From positions 91,698,001 to 91,762,000 of the forward strand of contig NC_135809.1 in NCBI RefSeq assembly GCF_964213995.1: DNA of 64,000 bases, given 5' to 3'. This document shows, piece by piece, positions 39,241 to 50,400 of this stretch; position 1 is the stretch's first letter, and every line of letters begins with the position of its first letter. Both the position numbers and the translations under genes were made by a program. The notes under the pieces are model-generated. The model was not told the origin of the DNA. It worked only from the letters and a program-made list of their open reading frames with translations, and ran no database searches. The stretch comes from Mustelus asterias (Eukaryota).

Positions 39241-40867
39241 CTAATAAATAAAGTTTAACTTTACTTCATATGGAAAAGGGAGCTACAACTTTGATGGTAC
39301 GACCTATAGCTTCAAAGGAATGACCCTAATTCTATCCTTTGCACTACCCAGCTTCTCCTTTCTCTTCAAATAAAAATACCTTTCAACATCTTACACTAAA
39401 CTAGATATTGCTTAGCTTCTTGCATTTTCTTTCCTTAATGCTTATAATTGAATCCTGCCTATGATTATTAATCCTCACACCAATTCATCATGTTTATGAA
39501 CTTGTTGCTTTCACTGACATAGCGATACGGATACCCGAAATAATGCTGTGGGAATCTGAGTTTGAATCCCACCATGGCACAGTGAAATTTGAATTCATTT
39601 TTTTTTTAAAACCCTGGAATTAAAAGTCTAATAATGACAATGCAACCATTGTTGATTGTCATGAAAACCCATCTGATTCACTAATATACTTGCTGGAAAG
39701 AAATCTGCCATCCTTACCTGGCCTGACCTACATGTGACTCCAGACCCACAGCAATGTCATTGACTCTTAGATGTCCTCTGAAATAGGCTAGCAAGCCACA
39801 CAGTTCAAAGGCAATTAGGGATGGGCAATAAATACTGGCCCATCCAGTGACGCCCACATCCCATGAATGAATAAAAAAGTAGAAGCTGTGGCTACAATAA
39901 TAGATTGTAAATTAATGGATAGAATAAACTGGAAATATTTACATTACATCAAAATATTTTATTTTTCATAGAATCCCTATGGTGTAGAAAGAGGCCATTC
40001 GGCCCATAGAGCCTGCACCGACAACAATCCCACTCAGTCCCTATCCCCATAACCTCATGTATTTACCCTGCCAATCTCCCTGACACCAAGGTACAATTTA
40101 GCATAGCCAATCAACCTAACTTTTACATTATATGCAATTATAGCAAGAAAATTAAATTTGTATTGTACAAAGCACACGCATCACTTTGCAAACAATAGTA
40201 AAAGGTTACTGATGAATATTACAACAGAGCTAAGCAGATACCAATGAATTAATAAATCAATATACTGGCTGCCCTAAATCAACACATTCTGGCACTTATA
40301 CACAAAAATCAACACTGATGCTCCAGTGCACTACTGAGTGCTGTACTGTCTAAGTTGTAGATTTTTGGATGAGACATTAAATTGAAGCTCCATCTGCAAT
40401 TTCTGGTGGATGTAAACTATTCCAAACATTGTTTTGAAGAGCAGAGGCGTTATCCCCAATGTCCTGACTAATCTTTATCCCTTAACTAACATCACATTTA
40501 CAGATTATCTGGTAATTATCACCTTACTGATTGTGGGAGATTTTGGCTGTCATGTTCCCAATTACATTGACTGTACTTTTAAAAGTACTTCATTAGACAT
40601 AAAGTGCTTTGGGACGTCCGGTCATGAAAGGTGCTTTATAAATGCAAGCCATTTTTATTTTCTTCATCGCTGTTATTTGCTTTATGTTAATTTTGTTGAT
40701 TCCTAATCAAGGTTGAAGATGTCCGGAAGCTCCAGAGGGAGAAAGTAAAATATACTGTTAGGTTTAAATAGATTGGGTGAAGGCTTGTGTGGGGCCTTAA
40801 ACCAGCTGAGTCGTCCCTCTGTGGTCAATCAAAAACAAAATGACTTAATGAAAGGAATAGCCAGACA

Positions 40868-41023
40868 AAAGCAAAATACTGCGGATGCTGGAATCTGAAA
40901 TAAAAACAGAAAATGCTGGAAAATCTTAGGTCTGACTGACAGCATCTGTGCAAAACGTCTATTCTCTCTCCATAGATGCTGTCAGTCAGACCTGCTGAGA
41001 TTTTCCAGTATTTTCTGTTTTTG
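40868..41023. repeat. Short inverted-repeat element of a second Penelope-derived family
   Basis: aaaacagaaaatgctggaaaatc..gtctgactgacagcatct / agatgctgtcagtcagacc..gattttccagtattttctgttttt. Related copies at ~12377-12490, 29545-29640 and 56810-57110. Confidence 0.6.
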
Positions 41024-41329
41024 TTGTTGAAAAGGAATGGCCAGTTGATTGTACATTATAGATCAAAGTTTTAGGTGGAGGCACCTATTAATTGCAGATG
41101 GAGCTTCAATTTAATGTTTCATCCGACAAGCAGCACCTTAGTGCAGCACTCCCTCAGTAGTGCACTGGAGCATCAGTGTTCACTTTTGTGCTTAGGTATA
41201 TCTGCAGCATATTGTATATTTTTTGCACATTTCCAGCCTTCCTTTTATGATGAATAGATATCTAATTGAGTCAGCAAACGGCTTTGAGCTTCCTAAAGCA
41301 CTTTCCTGACCTTTGCTAAATAAAGACAT

Positions 41330-41490
41330 TTGTCCTCCCCGCGCTTAGGGGGCGCTCTCCTGTCTGGGTGCAGTGATCCCTTGACGTGACCATTTGCGCG
41401 GAATGATGGGATACTGGAGGACTCGTGGTCGAAGAGATGGCGCTGCGAAAAGGTGGGGGAGCAGTGGACGCGTTGCTATCCCAACCAAAG
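41330..41490 (+). promoter_or_regulatory. TMEM80 promoter region with CRE-like site and X-box-like motif
   Basis: Local CpG enrichment; TGACGTGA at ~41382; GTTGCTATCCCAAC at 41472-41485 just inside intron 1. Confidence 0.5.
41437..41452 (+). CDS. TMEM80: TMEM80 exon 1 coding part (MALRK+G)
   Basis: gaagagATGGCGCTGCGAAAAG|gtgggg in a small CpG-rich region with CRE-like TGACGT upstream. Confidence 0.75.
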
Positions 41491-44400
41491 TGCTCTTGGT
41501 CGCCCTAAATAACTCTACAATAATACGATTGAGTTTAAAGATTGGGGTTTGTGAGAGATCGCAGTCGGAGCCGCACCGACTGAGAAATTTGCTTTGATTT
41601 TAAGGAGACGAACTTTGTTGCACATTGTAAAATGATTTGGTGAAAACATTTTAAAGCGCGTTACAAATGCATTGGGGATTTCACTTAATTTTTAATGGAG
41701 ACATGCAGAATAATGTTTATTTCTACCTCAAGCATCCCAATCCTATCCTAAAGATCCTATCCTTGTTGGGTCTAGTTTTACGGGTATTAATAATCCTCTT
41801 GATATCTTTGTGTTTGAGCTGAGATAGTGAGTTTCCCCCAAACTGCGGCTAGATGGTAGGCATATTTTCCCAATATCTATATTTTTGCGACAAGAATAAT
41901 AGGATAGCGATCTGGAGTGGGAATCCTGACAAATATTTCTTCACTTTTTTAATAGCCTAGGATGCTGAGAATGCAATATCTCAATTTAGATCAGCTGACT
42001 ATACAGACTGGGAATCGAATTTGGGATGTTTTGAAATTAAATGCTCAGTTACTTGCTGCCTTTTCCAGCTGCGCCATCTGTGCAATATTTTGGTTTCTTT
42101 ATTTTAATCATTAAATCTCACTTGCTGCATTATCAGCCAGCGGATGACAATACTGATATTGCAAACTTGGCATTATTGGCATATCATGGAAAAGATATTC
42201 ACTAATGCGATGACAATATCTCTCCCTCAATGTCAACAAAATGAAAGAGTTAGTCATCAACTTCAGGAAGCATAGTGGAGGATATGCCCCTCTGCATCAA
42301 TGGGGACGAAGTAGAAATGCTTGAGAGCTTCAGGTTTTTAGGTGTCCAGATCACCAACAACATGTCCTCGTTCCCCCAATGCCGACACTAGAATTAAGAA
42401 AGGCCACCAACGCCTCTACTTTCTCAGAAGACTAAGGAAATTTGGCATGTCCGCTTTGACTCTCACCAACCTTTACAGATGCATCAAAGAAAGCATTCTT
42501 TCTGGTTGTATCACAGCTTAGTATGGCTCCTGCTCTGTCCAAGACCGCAAGAAACTACAAAGGGTCGTGAATGAAGCCCAGTCCATCACTCAAACCAGCC
42601 TCCCACCCATTGACCTTTCTACATTTCCCGTTGCTTCAGAAAAGCCGCCAACATAATGAAGGACCCCATGCACCCCGGACATACTCTCTTCCACCTTCTT
42701 TCATTGGGAAAAAGGTACAAAAGTCTGAGGACATGTACCCAACCGACTCAAGAACAGCTTCTTCCCTGCTGCCATCAGACTTTTGAATGGACTTACCTTG
42801 CATTAAGTTGATCTTTCTCTACACTCTAGCTATGACTGTAATACTATATTCTGCACTCCTTCTCTATGTATAGTATGCTTTGTAGAGCGTGCAAGAAACA
42901 ATACTTTTCACTGTATACCAATACATGTGACAATAATAAATCAAATCAAAATAAACCCTATTTGCCAAACAGCTAGTATAAATTAATTTGGAAATCATCT
43001 ATATATGCAAAATCACGTTGATGAAATTGGTGTCTGGCTCAATCACCTCCAAGAAATGGTTATTGTAGAAAGATCATAGAATGGTTACAGTGCACGGGAG
43101 GAAGCCGCTTCTCTTGTCATGAATGTGCTGTCTCTCTGCAAGAGGAGCTCTGTTAGTCTTACTGCCCCACCTTTCCTCTTATTCCTGCAAACTTTTTCTC
43201 TTCAGGTAATGCCCCCTTTCAAAGATATAATAGAATCTGCCTCCATTACACCCTCAGGTAGTGCATTCCAGATCACAACCACTCACAACGTAAACAAGTT
43301 TTTCTTTAATTTGCTTGTTTTCCTCTTTAATCCAGGGGTCTATTACAGTTTGTAGTGTTTTCACTGTGGTTGTTGAGATAAATTGAAAATCCAAATCAGT
43401 CGTGGAATCTAGGGATGCATATGTGGAATTTTTTTTCCTCAGTTAGCCTATTATTAAATGCCGCTGTTTCTCATGAAAATTACCAGCCTTCTTGTCTGAT
43501 TCAAATAGGATATTTTATATTTCTATGACAATTATCAAATTGAAAAAGCTAAGTTTTAATTAAAGATTCAGTTATTGTGCTTCCAGTTTTTTTGCTAATC
43601 ACCTTAGATCATTGTCTCTCAGCCCTTCCATCAACTTAGGCTGTGTCTAGAGAGAGCATTTTGAGTTGAACAACTTTAGAGTTACGTCTAATGGTTAAAG
43701 GTTTTGCCATATGTGCTGGTAGAGGGTGAACAATTTGAGATGGTAAATTTAAAAACATAAGTACGCTGGAGAAAGTTAAAAGAGTATTAGCTTAAATTTT
43801 TTTTCCCTTTAGTATATTGGTACTAATTAATATTAAGTATTTTGTTTACATTAGTATTATTAATTCTCTGTTTTGCTTTACAGTGAAATCTGCTGTTGTT
43901 GTATCCTTTGGAATAAAATGAAGTGTGCCACCCAGTTTCAGGAGCTGACGTCTTGCAGTCCATAAGAACATAAGAAATAGGAGCAGGAGTAGGCCATCTG
44001 GCCCTTCGAGCCTGCCCCGCCATTCAACAAGATCATGGCTGATCTGAAGCGAATCAGTTCCACTTACCTGCCTGCTCCCCATAACCCCTAATTCCCTTAT
44101 CGATCAGAAAACTATCTACCCGTGATTTAAACATATTCAACGAGGAAGCCTCCACCACTTCAATGGGCAGAGAATTCCAGAGATTCACTACCCTCTGAGA
44201 GAAGAAGTTCCCCCTCAACTCTGTTCTGAACCGGCCCCCCCTTATTTTGAGGCTGTGCCCTCTAGTTCTGGTTTCCCTTCTAAGTGGAAAGAATCTCTCC
44301 ACCTCTACCCTATCCAGCCCCTTCATTATCTTATATGTCTCTATAAGATCACCCCTCATCCTTCTAAACTCCAACGAGTACAGACCCAATCTGTTTAATC

Positions 44401-47400
44401 TCTCCTCATAAGCCACACCCCTCATCTCCGGTATCAACCTGGTGAACCTTCTCTGCACTCCCTCCAAGGCCAATATATCCTTTCGCAAATAAGGGGACCA
44501 AAACTGCACACAGTACTCCAGTTGCGGCCTCACCAGTGCCTTGTACAGTTGTAGCAAGACCTCCCTGCTTTTATATTCTATCCCCCTCGCGATAAAGGCC
44601 AACATTCCATTCGCCTTCTTGATCACCTGCTGCACCTGCAGACTGAGTTTTTGCGATTCGTGCACAAGGATCCCCAGGTCCTTCTGCACAGTCGCACGAT
44701 GTAATTTTTCTCCATTTAAATAATATTCCAATTTACTATTATTTCTTCCAAAGTGGATAACCTCACATTTGCTAACGTTATATTCCATCTGCCAGATCCT
44801 CGCCCACTCGCTCAGCCTATCCAAATCTCTCTGCAGACTTTCCGCGTCCTCCACGCAATTCGCTTTCCCACTCACCTTCGTGTCATCAACAAACTTGAAT
44901 ACCCTACATTCAGTCCCCTCCTCCAGATCATCTATGTAAATGGTAAACAATTGAGGCCCCAGCACCGATCCCTGCGGCACGCCACTGGTCACCAACTGCC
45001 AACCAGAAAAGCACCCATTTATCCCAACTCTCTGCTTCCTGTTAGATAGCCAATCCCCAATCCACGCCAATACCTTACCCCTAACTCCGTGTACCCCAAT
45101 CTTCTGCAGCAACCTTTTGTGAGGCACCTTATCGAACGCCTTCTGGAAATCTAAAAACACCACATCCACCGGTTCCCCTCTGTCAACCGCACTAGTGACA
45201 TCTTCATAAAAGTCCAGTAGATTCGTCAAACACAAGCCCAGCTCAGCTCTCTTAAAGGCATGAATTCTAATACAAAATGTATTCCACAATGTACCAACGG
45301 CAGTTAACATTTGGGGTTGGTGTGGTGATTGAGGAGTTTCCTTGTGAGTCTGTGAAGGAGAAGTTCTTCTTCAGAGAAAATGCATTCTGCCTTCCAATCT
45401 GCCATTTTGTGTTTTTGGTTTCACACATTTTTAAGTAATTCAAAAACATTTCTGTCAGTTATTGCTAACTCTTGCATTTTATGATTTGTTCCTGGGAGGT
45501 GAGCCTCTCTGGCAAGGTTAGCATTCCTAACTCCCCTTGAGTCAGTGATGGTGAACCAGTACAATCCATCTGGTCTAGATACATTCACAGTGCTATTAGA
45601 GAGGGAGATATAAGATTTTGACTTGGTGGCTTTCAAGAAACAGTGACATAGTTCCAAAGTGATGTGTGGCATGGAGAGAAACTTGTAGTTGGTAATGTTC
45701 CCATGTGTCTGCTGCCCTTGTTCCTCTAGGTGGTAGAAATGGAAGGTTTGGAAGGGTGTTGAAGGAGCCTTGGTGAGTGCATCTTGTAGATGGTATGTAC
45801 TGCTGCCACTATGAGCCAGTAGTGGAGAGTTAACGTTTAAAGTAGTAGGTGGGTATTGATCAAGTGGGATGTTTTGTCCTGGATGATGCGAGTTTCTTCA
45901 GTGTTGTTGGAGAGCTGCACTCATCAAGGCACTTGGTGAATATTCTATCATATTCCCTGAATTGTGCCCTGTCAATGATGGATAGGCTTTGTTGAATCAG
46001 GTGAGTATGCACTGCAGAATTCTTAGCCTCTGATCTCCTGTTGTTGCCATAGCATTTATATGGCTGGTCTAGTTAAGTTTTTGGTTAAAGATGATCCCCA
46101 GGATGTTGATGGTGGGGTATTCAGCTATGATAATTCTGTTGGGTCCAAAGCTAATGGAATAACTCCAACATCTTGCTCAAATAGATTATTTTTATTTGTG
46201 AGCAACTGCAGTTTGATTCTCTTCAAAATCAATCTTTTTGCACATTCCTTTTGTTATCTAACTATTCTGCAGCCTGCTATTTGCTTGAAATTTGGGAATG
46301 GCCTTGAGATATTTACTTAAAAGAAGTATATAAATACAAATTATTGATCCTTTGTGGTGAGTGGCAGCAGATTGTTTAACTATGGAGAGTCAAACTCAAT
46401 GCTGTCCTTTCCAGCAGTGGGCATTGGATGTGTTGGCAGTGGGAATCGTGGCTGATTTTTGCCGCCCAAAAGAGGAAAACGATCAATTGTATCAGCACTG
46501 CTGCCAACTGAGTTGATAACATTTAACAAAGCACAGACCCGGACCTATTTGCTGCACGTAGTGGCCACATTAGAAGATGTATTAAATTAAGTCACCTCTC
46601 AGAATTTTAAAAAAAAATCTGGTATTAAGTATTAAGCAGGACATCTTTTCAATGCGCCTCAATAGATTGATTGAGCAATCCCCTCTCTGGGAATCAGCAT
46701 TTTCTATTTTAAATCCCATTTTCAGGAATGAGAAAATGAATTCTCAGCTGTTTTAGACTAAACTTGAGAGGTAAGTATGAGATTTTATCTTTGTAACTTA
46801 GTTGCAAAAACAAAAAGAATCAGTGACTGGTGGTTTCCATCTGTTTCCTGCATGGAACAAGGGCTGCTTACAGTACTTATTGTAAGAAGTCTCACAACAC
46901 CAGGTTAAAGTCCAACAGGTTTATTTGGTAACAAAAGCCACTAGCTTTCGGAGCGCTGCCCCTTCGTCAGGTGAGTGGGAGTTCTGTTCACAAACAGGGC
47001 ATATAAAGACACAAACTCAATTTACAAGATAATGGTTGGAATGCGAGTTTTTACAGGTAATCAAGTCTTAAAGGTACAGACAATGTGAGTGGAGAGAGCG
47101 TTAAGCACAGGTTAAAGAGATGTGTATTGTCTCCAGACAGGACAGTTAGTGAGATTTTGCAAGCCCAGGCAAGTCGTGGGGTTTAAGATAGTGTGACATG
47201 AACCCAAGATCCTGGTTGAGGCAGTCCTCATGTGTGCGGAACTTGGCTATCAGTCTCTGCTCAGCGACTCTGCGTTGTCGTGTGTTATGACAACGCAGAG
47301 TCGCTGAGCAGAGACTGATAGCCAAGTTCCGCAAACATGATGATGGCCTCAACCGGGATCTTGGGTTCATGTCACACTATCTTAAACCCCACGACTTGCC

Positions 47401-50400
47401 TGGGCTTGCAAAATCTCACTAACTGTCCTGTCTGGAGACAATACACATCTCTTTAATCTGTGCTTACCGCTCTCTCCACTCACATTGTCTGCACCTTTAA
47501 GACTTGATTACCTGTAAAGACTCGCATTCCAACCATTATTTTGTAAATTGAGTTTGTGTCTTTATATGCCCTGTTTGTGAACTGAAATCCCACTCACCTG
47601 ACGAAGGAGCAGCGAGCGCTCCGAAAGCTAGTGGCTTTTGCTACCATATAAACCTGTTGGACTTTAACCTGCTGTTGTGAGACTTCTTACTGTGTTTAAC
47701 CCAGTCCAACGCTGGCATCTCCACATCATTACAGTACTTACAGTAGTTTGTAATTTTTAGCAAGTTGGGTTGCCATGTTTTACCAATTTTCTTAATTCAT
47801 TTTTGCTTAACATGAGACATTTCCAAGGCCAGCATTTATTGCCCATTTCTAGTTGTCTTTAAGAAGGTGGTGATAGGCTGCCTTCTTGACCCATTGCTGT
47901 CTATTTGGTGAAGGTACTCCTAATTGCTACTAGGTAGGGGAGCTCTGTGATTTTGATCTAGGAATCTAGAAAATCCAGCCAGTTCAGAATATATACTGTC
48001 AGCGGAACAGAGACAGAGTTTACGGTAGAATCATGGCTTTACCTGACTTCTGGCTTTTGCCTTTTGGTGTTTAAAAAGTCAGCAGAAGTCCAAAGACATC
48101 AATAACTGAACTCTGCAGTGGATGATTTATTTTGCAATGTACTGTAAAATCATAAATCGCTTTTTGCACTCACATTTATGATTTCAGTGCATTGAATGTG
48201 GAGCAGAAATGTTTTCCCTTGTTATAAAACACACAAATTAGTTGGAAAAAGTGGACTTCTGATTTAAAAATTAGACTTTTGTTATCCGGTTTCTCTCTTC
48301 ATAATTTCCAGATACCAGGTCAGAAATCCTGGATGAAAACTCAGTACACTTGGTCCTGTAAAATTGTCTAAGATAATATTTGTAGTTTTCATTGCAGCAA
48401 TATTCCTTAACCACATCACAACAGCTCTCCTCCATCCCTCTACAGATAGTTTATTATTTCAACATGTTTTATTATTCATTTTATTTTCTTGCTACTTTGC
48501 TAATGGTTATCTACAAAAGTAAGTTTTACATTTGTAACTGTTTTGCTATAACTATTTATAATCATAGTATTTAAAGCATTGAGTCAAGGAATTATTTTCT
48601 TTTCACGTTTTAGGTCAAGCTTTCAGTTTTCCAGATGGTAATCTGGCCTTGGATCTGATTCTTCTGATTCTCATGGTAATACTGGAAGTGATAAGGCTAT
48701 ATCTTGGTAAGATGTTGCTTTAAATTATGTTGTATCACCCAATTGATGCTCTGTGGTATTACTACTGGTAGCCTGGAATTTGAGCACGGTTTTGATATTT
48801 AGTTGTAATTGTGTTCAGCCCCACTTGTCTTTTCAAAGGCTAGTGCTCAGAAATCTGTGGTCATTTTGGTGCTAATTGTTACTGTTGAAGTTTTCCTCGA
48901 TTTGTTCCTTCCCTTAGGAAGAGTATAGGTAGGTTATCTATGTTTGAAAGACAGCAGGATTGAATTTCTTTTTTTACACTTTCTTAAATAATAAATTGTT
49001 AATTTATAAAGATTACTTTCTGCCAATTGGGTACGAGTTTGAAACATGTTTTTTGTGTGATAGTGATTGCAAATCTGATGCTTTAAGGTGTGATAGATAT
49101 GTACTAAATATAATACCAGATGTTATGACATCCATGAAGGACACAGGGAGTCATCAATAGATCTCCCCATTGGCTTTGTGAAGTATGAACTTCTTTATTG
49201 AGGAAATCCAATGGGAAATGAGCTGCGGGTGATTAATATCTATTGCTCTAACCCGGACTGTTGTTGTAGGCCCCCAGGTACAGACTTGCTTGTTGTAAGT
49301 CGGGGGTGCGACTCTTCTTTTGGTTTCCAAGAAGGGTTTCTGGTGACGGGGAACTGGCCTTGGCTGAATTACTACACCAGATATACTATTACGTTATCCA
49401 TTGCTTTTCTAACTAGTGGCGTCATGCCATGTAACACAGTGGATCATCAGGAATGGATAAATCAATTTGTGTTTTTGTTCCATGTTGCTTTGGGATTTTT
49501 GCTCCTGTTTTGGGGATCAAGTTCCATATCGTTGCCCAATTTTCTGTGGAAACTGTAAATCAGTGGTTTTGATCATCATTATACATGTCTTCACTAAGTA
49601 CACAATTTTGTTTTACACAAAATAAACTTTATTTCAGGTAGCTAGTTTTATTATTGTAAATTCAAACAGGAAAACAATCAAGAATTTAACACCCAACAGT
49701 AAAAAGAGATTTGTCTTTTTCAAAAAAATCTTAATTGAATTCTCAAAAGTATACTTTTAAATTAATCTTTTGTGAAGTTGTTGTACATTTGATTGCTTGA
49801 TTGCACAATATCAGCAGGTAGTGAAATATCCAGGTTCCTTGACATGAGTGTATCTCCATTTCTAATTTCTGCCAACTTATTGATTCAACAAGGGAAGTAT
49901 TCGAGGCATAATTCACTTCAGTACAGGTGACCTTGGAAAGGGAAAAGTTCATGCTCCTGATCACTATCTAATAACTCCTGCTGGAATGGGTGGCTTTGTA
50001 GATATTGCCTTGATAGATTAATAGCTCTTTTTTTTTTATTCTTATGTGAAATAGTGCCCTCCTGTCAGGCCACTTGTGTATGTATGTATATATGTACAAC
50101 TGGATTAAACTAATTTCACTTTTTTACCAGATTCCATGTTGTACAGCTTCTATTCTGGGAGGATATCACAGTCTGGCAACAAGATGGGATACCGATTCCC
50201 TAGCCAAGCTAATTTGGGTTGGAAAAGCTTCCAGCTAACCAACTGAGTGTTCTTTCTGTGAGAATAGGTTTCAAAATCTGGTTTTAGAGATGGATAGATT
50301 GACCAAAGGTGGCTGCCTCAGCAGGTATTATTGAGAGACTGGGATGTGCAGCCATGCCTGAGAGTGTCTGGAGTATTTAGAGATTCTTGAGCTGCTCACG

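Larger units (their letters stand above)
43901..48424 (+). other. U12-type GT-AG intron of TMEM80
   Basis: 5'ss GTATCCTTTG; consensus U12 branch TTCCTTAAC at 48403-48411; no polypyrimidine tract before the AG at 48423-48424. Confidence 0.88.

Noticed and set aside
44054-45310. 418-aa ORF as a host gene
   Set aside because: It is a 5'-truncated CR1 reverse transcriptase; the first ~25 codons are flanking intron.
48312-48318. 7-nt candidate microexon (ttccag|ATACCAG|gtcaga) for TMEM80
   Set aside because: It gives the wrong phase; the 17-nt U12-donor exon at 43884 fits both the frame and the paralogue.
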